Shown here piece after piece: positions 1-12,823 of a DNA stretch of 64,000 nt (position 1 is its first letter; every line of letters starts with the position of its first letter). This stretch comes from Oculina patagonica. Taxonomy: Eukaryota. The notes beneath the pieces were generated by a model that worked only from the letters and a program-made list of their open reading frames with translations, had not been told where the DNA came from and ran no database searches. The position numbers were made by a program, and so were the translations under genes. The DNA lies in NCBI RefSeq assembly GCF_052425735.1, contig NC_135762.1:6944001-7008000 (forward strand), in the 5' to 3' direction.

Positions 1-232
1 AAGCTTTCTGTGAAATCGTCAGAAATCGTACGTGGAGGAAGTTGCAGGAGTTTAGTACTTTTGCGTGTTCATAGAAAACGTAGTCAGCGAGGAGAAGGAG
101 AATTACGATGGTTGGACCATATTTCTCTACGTTCATTCCTGTTATTTGCATTTTAGCGACTGCTCCATTGCTGTGTGCGGGGCAGACGTGGAAAAGAAAG
201 ATTGTGGTTTCACATCAAGATGGAATCGACAA

Positions 233-617
233 TTAACAATTATTGGATGAGGTTGAGATGATAGCGATAATTATCAAGGCCAAAGTTTCTATTATCTGCC
301 GAAGCCGAAGGCTGAGGCGGATAACAGACTGAGGCCTTGATAATTATCGCTATCATGCGAAAACCGAATCCAATAATTGTTTTATTTGCACATTCTGAGC
401 TGCACTTGTAAAGACAAGAGCGCGCACAAAATATACTTTTATAAGCTTACAACCTTTCGTCACTCTGCATGCATAAAACTATTGTCTGTAGGTATGACGT
501 CACTTCTACATATGTAAAATCTAGTGTCTGTAAGTATGACGTAAGAGAAACAGCAAGCAAGAATTAGCTGCGTGCTTATAGCCAATCAAAATCAAGCTGG
601 TGACACCAATGTATAAT
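233..617 (+). mobile_element. 385-bp non-autonomous element with internal hairpin and no TIRs, inserted in copy A
   Basis: Absent from copies B and C and flanked by AA on both sides. Perfect 24-bp inverted repeat at 258-281/333-356, plus outer arms at 235-248/368-381. A second copy lies at 11644-12116. Confidence 0.85.
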
Positions 618-3600
618 AACAACACTTGTTGGAGTGGAACAGATATGGAAATTCCTTGCAGAACATTAGACTACGCTCTTGCACATGTGACTAATTCGAC
701 TCTTGTGCAGTTATTGCCTGATCAGTCACCGTATAATCTAACCAGACATTTCAACTTTACAAATTTGCACGGGTTTGAATTGGCTGGAGGTCAAGACTCA
801 ATTGCTTCCATCAATTGCCAGAGAAATAAAGGAAGTCTGTCGTTTGAAAACAGCAGACATATCACACTTAGCAAAATCTTGCTCCGTGGCTGTGGTGGCT
901 TGCATGCAAGCACCACTGGTAATGAATTCCGTTATCCACACATACAATTTCTCTCTGCTGTCTTTTTTGTGTACTGTAAGAACATTGTTATAGATAGCTG
1001 CCAGATAGTTGAAAGTCCAGGAGTTGGGCTGAACATGTACGACATAGGTGGTGTTGTGCAGTTCTTGCATTCCAGGTTTGAAAGCAATCAGGCGTAACTT
1101 TAAATTCCCCTGAGAAAAACATTGCAATTGCCGGAGGTGGTGTTTTCATGGAGTTGACCTACCAGGGTGGAACATACCCGTTTGATCTAAATTCAACAGA
1201 GTTAACTGAATTTGATAGCAACAGCAGCTACACTTTCTACAACTGCACATTCAGAAACAACTATGCTCCTAGACAACAGTATGAAACAATAGTGAACAAA
1301 CCCACCGGTGATGACCACATTCCGTTTGGAAGAGGAGGAGGGTTGTCAATATTTCTAAAAGGGAAAGCACAAAATAATGGCATTTATGTCACTGAATGTC
1401 GGTTTGAAGATAATTATGCTGTTTGGGGTGGAGGAATTTTCATTGAAATTCGTGATGAAGTGCAAAACAACACGTTTGAGGTGACAAACTGCACATTCAA
1501 AAATAACAGTGCGTATTTTGCTGGAGGAGCAATCAGAAGTGGAACAACTGCCGATAGTGATCATGAGGGGTTACTTCCTAACAAAATGAGATATGAAGAT
1601 TGTAGATTTGAAAATAACAATGCCATCTGGGGTGGAGGAGTATCATATTACGAAACATGGAGCTCGTCTCTAAAGGGTGATGACGACATGCTACATATAG
1701 AATACAAAAACTGTCACTGGAAGAACAATGCGGCAACGTCAGGCTCTGCAATAGGAGTGGCTACCCAACCAGTCGTAAATGGCCTCCAAGACTTTTCTGT
1801 GAGAGGACTTAAGCTGTATATTATTGTTCTTGAAGACTGTAGTTTCTTTAACAACTCCATAATATTGACAGAAGATAGACAGGTTATTGGCCAAGGAGCA
1901 ATCTATTCATACTCACTCCCTGTCATTTTTAAAGGAGTTGTAAACATTGAATATAGTAACAATACCGCCATGGTGATTGAGAATGCAGCAGTGCATGTTT
2001 TTGGTAATGTAACCTTCAGAAATAACACTGGAAGTCAGGGGGGTGCATTAGGATTGTATGGCACATCAGTAATAATGCTTATGCCGCACAGTAACCTTAA
2101 CTTCTTTAATAACACTGCTCTACAACAGGGCGGAGCAATTTATGTGAGGGACTCTGGGCCACCTGTTATAGCTTTTAATACAACACAGCTCAAGATGCGA
2201 CATTGTTTTCTGGCTTACAACAACAGCTTCAGTCTGGAGAATGTCACTGAATGGCAGACCAAAATAGTTTTTAAGGGCAATCAAGTGCATACAAATGGTG
2301 GTGGAGACTCACTATTTGCCTCAACTCTTCAGGGATGCCGTCAAAATGGACAGCCCCGCATGAACAATATGTCGCTTGAGTGGCCTAATGTAATTCAGTA
2401 TCAAGATTCCAACCAGAGCATTAAAGATTTGATTTCTACTGATCCTATCTTAATCAAATTCAACCAGAAGGAGTGGAGAGTACTTTCTCCCAGTGAAGTC
2501 TTTGACGCAACTATTCAGTTGATTGATGAGAAGAACAGTATTGTTTCAGGAGTCGTCAAAGTGACCATTAATGATGAACCTGACCAAAATACAGCTAGCA
2601 GTGTAAGACTGGATACAGCTTCACATTTGTTTCTGGTGCAAGGAGATTCTTCCAAAATCAACAACTTGTCTCTTGTAGGAAAGGCTGGAAGGCCATTTAA
2701 GGTTCACATCAGCACAGTCGTGGGTCGCATTGTAGACAGCTCTTCCAAAGGGAATTTAACCTTACAGGCCTGCAATACTGGCTTTGAGCAAAGAGATGGC
2801 AAGACATGCTCTTGTATCTCAAGTGCTGAAGAATTTGGTATTTCAAACTGCAGCGCTGACTTTAGGCATGTGTTCTTGAAGCGAGGATACTGGGGTGGAA
2901 TGAAGGAACATAAATTTAGCACATACCCCTGTCCACCACACTACTGCAATTTCTCCAAGCATGATTCAACCTTCCAATACAATTCTGAAACAATGTGTAT
3001 TGATGGCCGTAATGGTACAAGTGTATTGTGCGGGACATGCAAAGATGGCTACTGGGTGAACCTAGGCAATGAAAACTGTACACAAACTTGTACAAATGAT
3101 TACTGGGGGCTATGTGGTGGCATTCTTTATTGTAACACCTCTTGTGGTGTTGTTAGTTTTTCGGATCAGGTTGGAAATTTTCACAACTTATTTAAACACC
3201 TGGCTTTACTCATATCAGACAATTTTGCATATCTCCTGCAAGAAGGACAGTACCTCGATCCATTTATCTCTTTCGTGATTAATGCCGCCAACTGGAAAAT
3301 CAGTGGTGTTGGAGTCTGTCTCTACAGAGGAATGACCAATCTAGAGAAACTTGGAGTAAATTACATTTTTCCCTTCATATATTCTTCTCATCCTTATGGT
3401 TTTGGCCAAAATTGCAAGGCGACGTCCAGGTTGTTTCATAAACAGGAATGTTGAGCATGCTTTTTGCACACTGTTGGTAATTTGTTACACAAATGTTACA
3501 ATAATCTCTTTCAGCATCGTCCATTATGTGCCTATACAAGGAAGATGGGTGCTATACGCAGATGGGAACATTGACTTTGTGAAAGACTGGAAAACACACT

Positions 3601-3790
3601 ATGTCTTGCTATTTACAATTATTGCCTGTCTTTGGATTCTTCTTTTTGTTATTTTGGTTCCATTGGTGCTTCTTTTTACACCGTGGTTCTTGAGGCACTT
3701 CCAGTATCTAAATAATTTTAGACTGTACTTTGACACTTTCCAGCAGTGCTTCAAAGTCAAGTACAGGTGGTTTGCAGCATATTACTTCAT

Positions 3791-5040
3791 CACTAGTCAA
3801 AGCACGAGAGACTCTTGAGAGACCAAGCCAGGTCAACTCCCCAAGGACGGAGTGCGATGACCGCGTCGCCAGAGCCCCCCAGAGGGACGAGACGCGCCCC
3901 AGAGGAGAGCGCCACGCCCCCACACCAGCCCCGCACCAGAGGGCGCAGCCAAGGGGGGGGGGGGGGCCGGCGGGGGCGAGACGGGGAGCCCCCCGGGGGG
4001 GGGGGGAGGGGGGTGAACAGAATCTCTTAATAAGATTTACGCCAGCAATCTTGAGTTGGACAAGAAAGAGAGCCACCTGAGATGAGTACCACTAATCAAA
4101 TGTAGAGTGGAATAAGGATGGACTCATTACCAACAACTGGAGAAGTAGTGGATGACTTAGTGATGGAACTACCCTCAAGATAAGAAAGTAAAAGAATTTA
4201 GACACTGTACCTGAGATGGGAAGAAATGGTGGATTAGTTTTGTTTGTTCTTGCCAACTATGTATAAATTGTGTCAGATGGTACGATGGATCGCGACGTGT
4301 GGGTTCCCCCTCTCGAGTTGTGAAATTGTGTTTTCGTCTTCGTTTGCCGGTCCCTCGAGCTGAAGATGCGGAGGTCGGGCCGGTGTACCCCCGCTTAGAG
4401 GGCAGTTGGGGGGTCCCCTAGAGCGCGCGTGCGCGGTCCCTCGAGGAAGAGCGTTGTGTGGTGCCGGAGGGGGCGCGTTCGCGTCGGCCGGTGGTACCCT
4501 CCGAGCTGTTGCTCAAGTGTGGCGTCGCGCCGGGTGAGCGGGTCGTGTCGTGTAGGGATGCGCGTTGTCTTGTCGGTAGGTCGGCGGTGTCGAGCGGATG
4601 GGCGGCGGGGGGCGGGGGAGGGCTGGTCGTCGTCGGGTGTGTCGGAGGGGCCGGTGTGAGCGGGGCCTGGTGGGCGGGGTGAGGCGGCCGGGTGAGGGGC
4701 GTGCGGGGTGGGGTGGGGGGCGGGGGGGGGGGTTGAGGGGGGGGCGGTGGTCGGGTGTCTTCGAGGGGGGGGGCGTGTGAGGGGGGGGCGGTGGTGGGGT
4801 GTCGAGGGAGGGGTCGTCGGGGTGGCCGGGTGAGGGAGCGGTTGTGTGTGTCGGCCGGGTGAGGCGTGCGCGGGTGGTGTCTGAGGGGATGGGGTGGTGG
4901 TCGGCCGGTGTGGGTGCGGTTTGTCGGTGGTCGGCGTGTCGGGGTGTTGGGCGGGTGTGTCTGAGCGGGGGGGGGGTGCGTGTGTGGGGGGGGGTGGTGT
5001 GCCGTGGAGCGTGGGGGTTTGCGTGCATTGGACATATCTC
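3791..5040. mobile_element. 1250-bp GC-rich insertion with 8-bp TSD in copy A (sequence probably garbled)
   Basis: TACTTCAT is duplicated at 3783-3790 and 5041-5048; removing the insert plus one TSD restores copy B sequence. The left arm is T-poor and the right arm A-poor, as expected for degenerate inverted arms. Confidence 0.75.
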
Positions 5041-6294
5041 TACTTCATTTGCCGCATCTTCATCTTGTTTATTGCCCTGTATTTTCCGTATGGGCCCCTG
5101 AAGAGAACCATTCTAGATGTGTCTAGTGTACTGATTGTGGTGACATGCCTTTACCTCCAGCCTTACAACGAACAGTACCAGTGGTTTAACAGGCTTGATG
5201 CAGTGCTTCTCACAAATTTGTGTTTGATTGTAATCTTCAGCTCAGGCATTGTAAGTGAAGCAGCATTGTCCACTCGTGATGCCCTAGAAATGACTGTGAA
5301 TGTCCTGGCGTATTTGCCTCTGGTTTATCTGATCGCTCTTGTTCTGTATCATGGTTGGAGATACTGCTGTACAAGGCTCTTTCCTGAAGACTACATTAAA
5401 GCAGAACAAAGGCCTAGGTCTAACTCCATGTCTGACACTTCTGGCCCACCCTCACCAATTTATATATTTTCATAATTGAGGCCTTATTTAAATGCCACCT
5501 GCACTTATGTGCTGAAACTAAGGTAGGGCCCTGAGGGGCAGGCTTGATTATTACCTGCTGCATGTTCAGGGTCTAAGCTCGCTCTCCTCCCTGAAACTGG
5601 GGAGGAACAAAGACCTGAACCTACCTGAGGCGTTGGTTTTTAACCCTCGGACGTATAAGGGGGGGGGGGGGGGTGGATGCCAACCCTCCATAAGGTTTTT
5701 TTATGTCAAAGGGGGGGGGATGCCACCCCCATAAGGTTTTTTGAAATTTGTCATAAATACAGCTGGCCTCGCCAAAAATCTCAAATCTTCATTTTTAACT
5801 TTTTCCAGTGAAACACATTGCAAGATTCTGGCTTGATTTTGCATCAATTTCCGTTATTTTGTGACTTTCTAAGAAAATGTTGAAACCCAAGATTGCAGAT
5901 CCATGAAGATAGAAGCTCTAATGACATCATGTGAGGTCATATGACGTCACAGCCAATTAAAATCATGTAAAATTATGCCATTGTCAATACTCTTTTTCTT
6001 TCGCCCATTGTAGTTTAACTAAAAATAACATGCAAACTGCGGTGATGATTATTACGGACAAATACATTGTTATAAAAAAATAGAGGCCTTTTACTTGACG
6101 TTTAATGTATGTTTCAACGAGACATCCTCAGAAGCTAGCACGTAACCATTAAAATGAAAACACAACTAAATTTAAATTCGTAAAATAATAGGTTTGACAG
6201 ATGACGAAAAACAGATGAGAAAAAAATGAATAAAATAAAAACAAATAATAATAATCAGGGGGAGGGAGGAGGAGGGGGGGGGGGGGGTCCTGGG

Positions 6295-6575
6295 GTGCCG
6301 GTGGGCTGGTTGGACTCTGGACTGAGCAGGTTATGATGGGGTCACTGTTTTGTGACTTTGGGCGGGACACCTTACAAACTGCACTTTCGTGGTGCCTCTC
6401 TCTCCACCCAGGTTTATAAATGGGTACCAGAAAATTTATTGCTGGGAGAAGCCGTAGGATGGACTAGCGTCCTTTCCGGCTTGAGAAGAAATACTGCTAC
6501 TAATGCTTCATGCTAATTTTTTTTAGGCGACTTAGATAAGTATAGTCCGATGGACCACCTGGCTTGAATGCAGGC
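6295..6575 (+). mobile_element. Decayed tRNA-derived SINE
   Basis: Shares the core ggtgcctctctccacccagg...aaatgggtacc with 19842-20118. It is the paralogous counterpart of the decayed copy at 20140-20400. Confidence 0.65.
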
Positions 6576-8427
6576 AAAGCTGTGCTCTTGGGATAATTGC
6601 AGGGTGCCTTAAGGCTCTTATGTTAGGAATCTTGGGTGCCTGGGGCTCTAGAAAGGCTTTTATGAAAGCATACTTATCTAAGTCGCCTAAAGGCAAAAGT
6701 AAGTTGTTCCTTTGTACCTGAGCCCTGCTAGAGTACAGCCCTGACAGACAGCCTTAGAGCCATCTGCTTAGTATTTAATTTTCTCATACCAACTGAATAT
6801 AGTTAGTTACTAGCAGCCCTGAGAACTGTTAAGACAAAGCTTCTCGCTTAGGCTGAATCTCACAAAAATAATAAATATACAAACTTAATAACTTAATATA
6901 CAACTTATTAGTTACTTGATTATCGCTGGAATTAATTTTTTTCACGAATTTCGTGATTTTCAATAGAATTTACACATTAAAGTCTTGAAAATTTGGTTAA
7001 CTGTTTTGATTATATTTTACTATATTAGTTCAGAGTTTTGAGCCAAACTCCCATCAAATTAAGTCCTTGTCTCAAAAAATCCTTGATGTTTGTCAAACTT
7101 AGTCCTGCGATATAAGTGCAATGAGGTCAGACTGAGCGTGTTAAGTAAAATTCGGTTGTAAAATCACCTTCATGAGAGCCATGCACAATAAATTAGATTT
7201 ATGGGATGTTCAATGTTGTTTGCTGGTAAAGAATAAAATTAATAATAAATATAATTTATAGCTTTTATAAATTCCATGTCATTTTGAATGGACGTGAAAA
7301 TCTATTTTGTTTAGGTATTTTTAATGTATTATTTACATGTAATATGTAAGTCTAAAATCTAGGAGAAAGTAAACATGCAGTGTACATATCAAGTATATAT
7401 GGTAACCAATAGACTACACTTTGAATTTATTTTTATTTTTTTTTAAATTGTACTTAGTGTAGGAGGGCCACAGGTTTGTCAGTATTTTTGTACCCCATTT
7501 TGTGCTGCTCTCTTTAGAATTATTAAGTTTTCACTACAATATTATTTGAACCCCTATTAAAGTGCTACTACGATCAAATTGTTGGGATACCTGTTTTTTA
7601 ATCCGATTGGTAGTTAACCTTATATAGAACATAAGTTTCAAAGCATATTCTCATACGATAAAAAAAGTGTACTTTTTCGACCTAGTAAGTCAATAAATTT
7701 TTGTCCGCCATTGAACCGCCATGTTCCTGTGGCTTGGTTACCAACTACGGAGGCCAGGCTTCCAGGGAAAAACATTTGACATCATTTTCCCAAGTCGTAT
7801 ACTTTCTGATCACTGCTATCGCTGCAGGTAAGAAATTTCGTCGCTAGAATGCGAACTAGCCATTAAATATTGTCAAATAAACAAACCTTTTGGGAGAAAT
7901 AAAGTTTTCCTCGATCGATTGAGTTGAGAAAATGACGTCACAACAACAGAACAATAAGGTTTCAATAAATTACCACAAGCTAAATTCCTTTGGAAGGAAA
8001 GCTTTATTTTGAGAATTTGTGTACATCACGACAATAGGCTTCTGCTTTGCAAATGTGTATTAATATTGCAGTACAATACTCATGAGTGTTGAGGCATTAT
8101 TACTGTAAGGGGTTGTAGAAAAGTGGAGGGGAAAAGGGGCAGGAGACAGGAGAAAAGAGGGCAGGAAGTGGGATTTACAAGGTTGTGGAAACCAGGAAAA
8201 ATTTGAAAAAAATTCCCAACTTTTCATTATAATTATTTTGCAAAAGAAATGGGACAGAGCAGGAAACAGGATAGAACCACCACAAAAAGGGGTGCGAAGC
8301 AGAAGAAAAGGGTATGGGGAGTGGAAGGTTCAAACCCCCACCTGTCCCCCTCCACAGAAGTGTTAAGCAGAAATAACCCTTTCAGAATAATTAGGTAGTT
8401 TGTGCTGTTTTATTATGCTTTTTATGA

Positions 8428-8433
8428 AATAAA
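8428..8433 (+). promoter_or_regulatory. Candidate poly(A) signal of copy A
   Basis: AATAAA followed by a GT-rich tract. The context gaAATAAAagtcc is conserved downstream of all three paralogues. Confidence 0.4.
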
Positions 8434-9820
8434 AGTCCTTGTTAATTGGTTTTGTAATTTACATGTAAGTGATGTTGTTAATTCCTTGACTGTTTTAGTT
8501 AACAATTGTAAGTTCTCAGTGCTGGGTTTTATTGGCTGATAGTCCATGAGGGTGAAAGAGGTTAGCTTCTACTATGCAAAAAAAAAGTTACTTTTAATTA
8601 TGTATAAAAAAGCCAATGAGAGATGATTGAAAGCACAGATGGGACAAAACGGCGACCAAAACAGGGAGGGGGCCAAAGGCCACAAGGAAAAAGAAACCGA
8701 GGGTTGAAAAAGCATGCACGCCATGTGGCCAATCATATGCATGTTGTGATGATCTGGGGCTCTATTAAGCCCTGCTTCCAATCAATAAAATGTACGCTCA
8801 ACCACAGGATGTCAAACACAACCTTCAGTTCACAGATTGTGAACTTCTCTTATGTAACATTTTGTGGAAAAGGAGTCTCGTTGCAATTCATACACTGTCA
8901 AGCACAATCTATTTTATGCTATGCTCAGCCAGCGATACTTTCGGCACTCCAATAAAGGGGGCTAAGCCCTCCTACCCCCAAATGGTATGAAGAATAAAGT
9001 CCAGAATGTGTTTTTCTAGAAAATATCCATACCCCTTGGCCTCCCATGGAAGGTTTTTTGATCTGATCATGAATCCCCCACCCCTCTGGAAATTCCAGTC
9101 AAGCCTCATACTTTCCTTTAAAAAATTCGGCTTTTGAGGCCCCACTGGAACAGCACAATCTAAACAGGTATCAAGACAGTCCTTTTAAAAAGTCTGGGAT
9201 ACTTTTGGTGTCTAGTCTACAACCCCAGAAAAAAGTCTTGGGAAGGTTTGCCCTTTTGTGCCTCCCCTCCCCTCCCCTATTCAATGTTGAGCGAAAAGCG
9301 ACCGTACACACACAAGGTTGTGAAATGAGGGACCAACATTGATATGGGGGAGCGGGGGGATCCTACAGCAGTACAGGGATGGGGATTGCTAAATTGAATT
9401 AGAAAAATTCACCTTTCTATTGAAAATCGGAATTATTGGTTCTACCACTGTTTTCTATTCCCTGATAGAAAACGACCGCCCTTTTGTCTTGTAGGTACGT
9501 AAGATCTTATTTTTCGACTTTTATCACTGATGTAAATTTTTTAAGTAAATTTGACTCCTCCTCAATAACATCCTCTCTACCTTTGAATAGCACCATGAGC
9601 CACTGGACTATGGCGCTATATAAATCTCTTTATTATTATTACACCTTCCCATTATTTGGGATTATTATCCTATAGGGTTGCAAAATCACCTGAACATGGT
9701 ATAGTATATAAGGTACTAAATCTTTCAGAGTTCCAGCAGTACACCCCAACCCAAAAATATACAGAGTACCCCCTCCTGGGGGCAAATCCACAGTGTAACC
9801 GAGAATTAAATTAAAGGAAA

Positions 9821-10420
9821 CCTCCAGTCAAAATAAAACCTGTGAAATGCATGTGAAATCTCTGCGAAGACCATGTGAATTTTTGGGAAAGTTTCACAGG
9901 GGTTTTCATGTCATTATTCACACAGTTTTTCACAGAAAATGTGAAACCCATGTGAAAAAAAACCTGTGAAACGGGCTCCACACTTTCGCTGGGTATTTCA
10001 CAGGAAAGGATGTGAAATACTATGTGAATTTAAGTGTGCTAAAGAAAGGGATATTTCCACAGATGCCAAGTTTTTTGGCTGGATGGAGTGAGAAATTGAA
10101 TTGCCCCAAAGGAGATTAGTGAGACCCAGAGGAGGTAACTTCTAGGGCGGTCTGGGGGTATATTCCCCTAAAAAATTTTTAAAAATGTAAGTTGTAGAGA
10201 AGCAATCTCCTCAATGTACAGCATTTGTTGTTTTTAAACTCTTCCCTTCGATAGCGTTCATCTCTACCAAGTACAGCTGAAAGTATATATTAATAAGACT
10301 TTCCTCAAGTTGTAGTATTTTTAAAAAAAGCGTGTGAAAATGGATGTGAAACAGTGTAAAATTAATGTAAGATAACCCTGTAAAAATGATGTGAAATAAC
10401 TTGTGAAACAACCTGTGAAT
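9821..10420 (+). repeat. TGTGAA/TTCACA motif cluster, probable end of another EnSpm-like element
   Basis: Starts cctccagtcaaaata (compare ccccagtaaaaata of the big element), followed by many TGTGAA motifs in both orientations. No partner end was found. Confidence 0.45.
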
Positions 10421-10929
10421 TTGTTATTGTAAGGCCATATGCTTGAATATGGGAATTGAAGCTAATAATAACATTAATGCCTCAAACTTGCATGACTTTC
10501 ATTTATTTAAAAACTGTTGGGGATAATTATTACCTTTTACATTTCCAATTACGTTTGTTAAAAACAAATTGTTTATAAACATATCTTATCTGCTAGTACG
10601 TTTCCCTGTCACATGTGACACTTGTAAGAGAACATATCCAAAGGAATCTTGTCACTCTTGCATGTTTGTGAATATTGTTTTCTTTTTAAAACACATTGTT
10701 CTTCAGGCCCTCCTGCTTTATAACCACAACAAAAGCACAAAGCAACATATTTGAATAAAAATTTTAAATCCTGTTCATTCTCTTCTTCCCCTGTGAAGAC
10801 TAGCAAAAGCAAATTTAGCAAAAGCAAATTTATTTGTTACAGAAACACGATTTTAGATAGTTTCTATCGCAGATTTAAATACTACAAATGCTATCGTGCT
10901 TAAATTATTAGTTTCAAGCTTTTATAAAA

Positions 10930-11228
10930 GCTTTTATACCATGCCATAGAAAATACAGCCAATCAGAGCAGGAGCCGTGTATATTCGACGGTATTCAACC
11001 CAACCTTCCCATCGTGCGCTGCGATCTTATTCTCGATGAATTTAGTGAGCGTATTTTCTATGGATGGAAAATAGTTACACAACACTTCCGTGGCAGGAAT
11101 TCCCACTTGTCACTTGTATTTTCTTCGTATACACACTCGTCTAAAGCTAAGGCTCGTGTGTATACCGAGAAAATACAAGTGACCGTGGATATTCCATAGT
11201 AACCACCGAAAGCGTTGCATAACTAGTA
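10930..11228. repeat. Hairpin-containing interspersed repeat
   Basis: Inverted arms gtcacttgtattttct...tatacacac / gtgtgtatac...agaaaatacaagtgac at about 11109-11183. Confidence 0.6.
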
Positions 11229-11643
11229 TGTATAATACATGGACAAGAACAAAACACATGCAAAGATCGAGTTTAGTCTGCCATCACACTGACCCATCTT
11301 AGCCACTGACCGCACTGATCACCCAGCAGATTTTTACAAAACCCTTCTCAAAACTCTTACTTTTAGAAGCCTTATGATTCTTTCTACTTACATTCTTTCT
11401 TAGAGGGGAAAGATCCTGACTTTGCTGCTTCTTAGGTCTACAAAATACATCATTTCCAGAAGCATTTCTCAAAAAACATTCTTCTTTTGACCTTTGAAGT
11501 TATTGAATTGCGCGCGCCTGCAAAGAGTGTTGCATCATGGCCGATGGCCTAGATTAACTCGTTCCCAGGATCTTCTCGTCCAAGATGGCCGCTCGTGTGT
11601 GACCACAGGCAAACCACCCTATGTGTTGTGCACGTGGTTAATT

Positions 11644-12116
11644 ATTAATACATTGGTGTCACCAGCTTGATTTTGATTGGCTATAAGCACGCAGCTTTCT
11701 TGCTTGCTGTTTCTCTTACGTCATACCTACAGACATTAGATTTTACATATGTAGAAGTGACGTCATACCTACAGACAATGTTTTATCACAGATTTTGCAG
11801 ATTTTGTGCAGATTTTGTGCGCGCTCTTGTCTTTACAAGTGCAGCTCAGGAAGTGCATAATAATAATTGTAATTTGTAATCGAGTATATATTATGTAGTT
11901 GTAATTTGTAATCCGAGGGCCGCTTGTTTGTCAGTAGTTTTACTGTTTGCCGTTACCCCTTTAATAAAGTTGATTGATTGATTGATTGATTGATTGATCG
12001 TTCGCATGAAGCGATTTATCAGGCCCAGTTCGTATCCGCCCAGCCCGGCCGGCAGATAACAGAAACTTGGCCGATAATTATCGCTATCATGCTCAACCTC
12101 ATCCAATAATTGTTAA
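11644..12116 (-). mobile_element. Second copy (inverted) of the 233-617 hairpin element
   Basis: Reverse complement of both ends and the body of 233-617. One hairpin arm is replaced by about 170 bp that includes a (GATT)n run. Confidence 0.85.
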
Positions 12117-12125
12117 TTGTTGACA

Positions 12126-12393
12126 TGAGACGAACATATCTGAACTACATTTCGCTCTAAATATCTCAATAAAGTGTAATGAAACGTTAATCAACTCATC
12201 TGTTGTATTTCTTCGCCAGCGCTGCGCGGGCCGTTTTAAGCGCCTTTTTAATAATAATAATTTTTTACAGCACATGAGTTGATTTTTAATAACGTTTCAT
12301 TAAACTTTATTGAGATATTTAGAGCGAAATGTAGTTTAGATATGTAATTTCCAGAGCTTTAATAGATTTCAAGATTTCTTTTGTTCGTCTCAT
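12126..12393. repeat. Foldback/MITE-like inverted repeat
   Basis: About 41-bp near-perfect arms at ~12135-12175 and ~12304-12344, with further degenerate pairing inside and outside. Confidence 0.75.
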
Positions 12394-12823
12394 AATTAAC
12401 CACGAATACATAGGGTAGGAAAATTTGGCAAGCATTTTTTTGATTTGAGTAGGGATGTTTCAGTAGGAATTCAGAACAATCTGATGATTCGCAGTAGTGC
12501 CTTGGCTGCATAGTTCTGCGAATAAAAAACAAAAAACGTGTTTTGCTGTCGATTTTTGAGGGTCAATTTTTGATCTATGGGATTTTTTTGGGTCTTGATT
12601 TTTGCCCCCATTCGATCATCCCCGTCACTTAAAATCCCGAGTCCCCCCCCCCCCCCCTGGGAGCGGGACTAGAAAGCGTTCAGTTACGTTTTTAATTTTC
12701 CATACATTTGTCCATAATTTTTCAGCCCCCCGTGAATCAGTACTTGGACTTGGATCCCTTCCCTTTTATATACCTCTAGCCTAAAAAAAGTTGCCCTTTC
12801 CGTGCAGAATCTCTTCAGGGAGC

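Larger units (their letters stand above)
108..5475 (+). pseudogene. Copy A of Pmp-repeat/multi-TM membrane protein gene, disrupted
   Basis: ATG at 108 (MVGPYFSTFIPVICILATAPLLCAG) is collinear with copy B. It is interrupted by insertions at 233-617 and 3791-5040 and by 1-bp indels near 1095, 3110, 3228 and 3376. ORF pieces 600-1097, 1148-3454, 3396-3818 and 4894-5475 match copy B. Some indels may be sequencing errors. Confidence 0.9.

Noticed and set aside
3708-5101. Pro/Gly/Arg-rich ORFs on both strands (e.g. 4418-5035, 4513-5028)
   Set aside because: They arise from the stop-poor, low-complexity G-rich insert and have no protein-like features.
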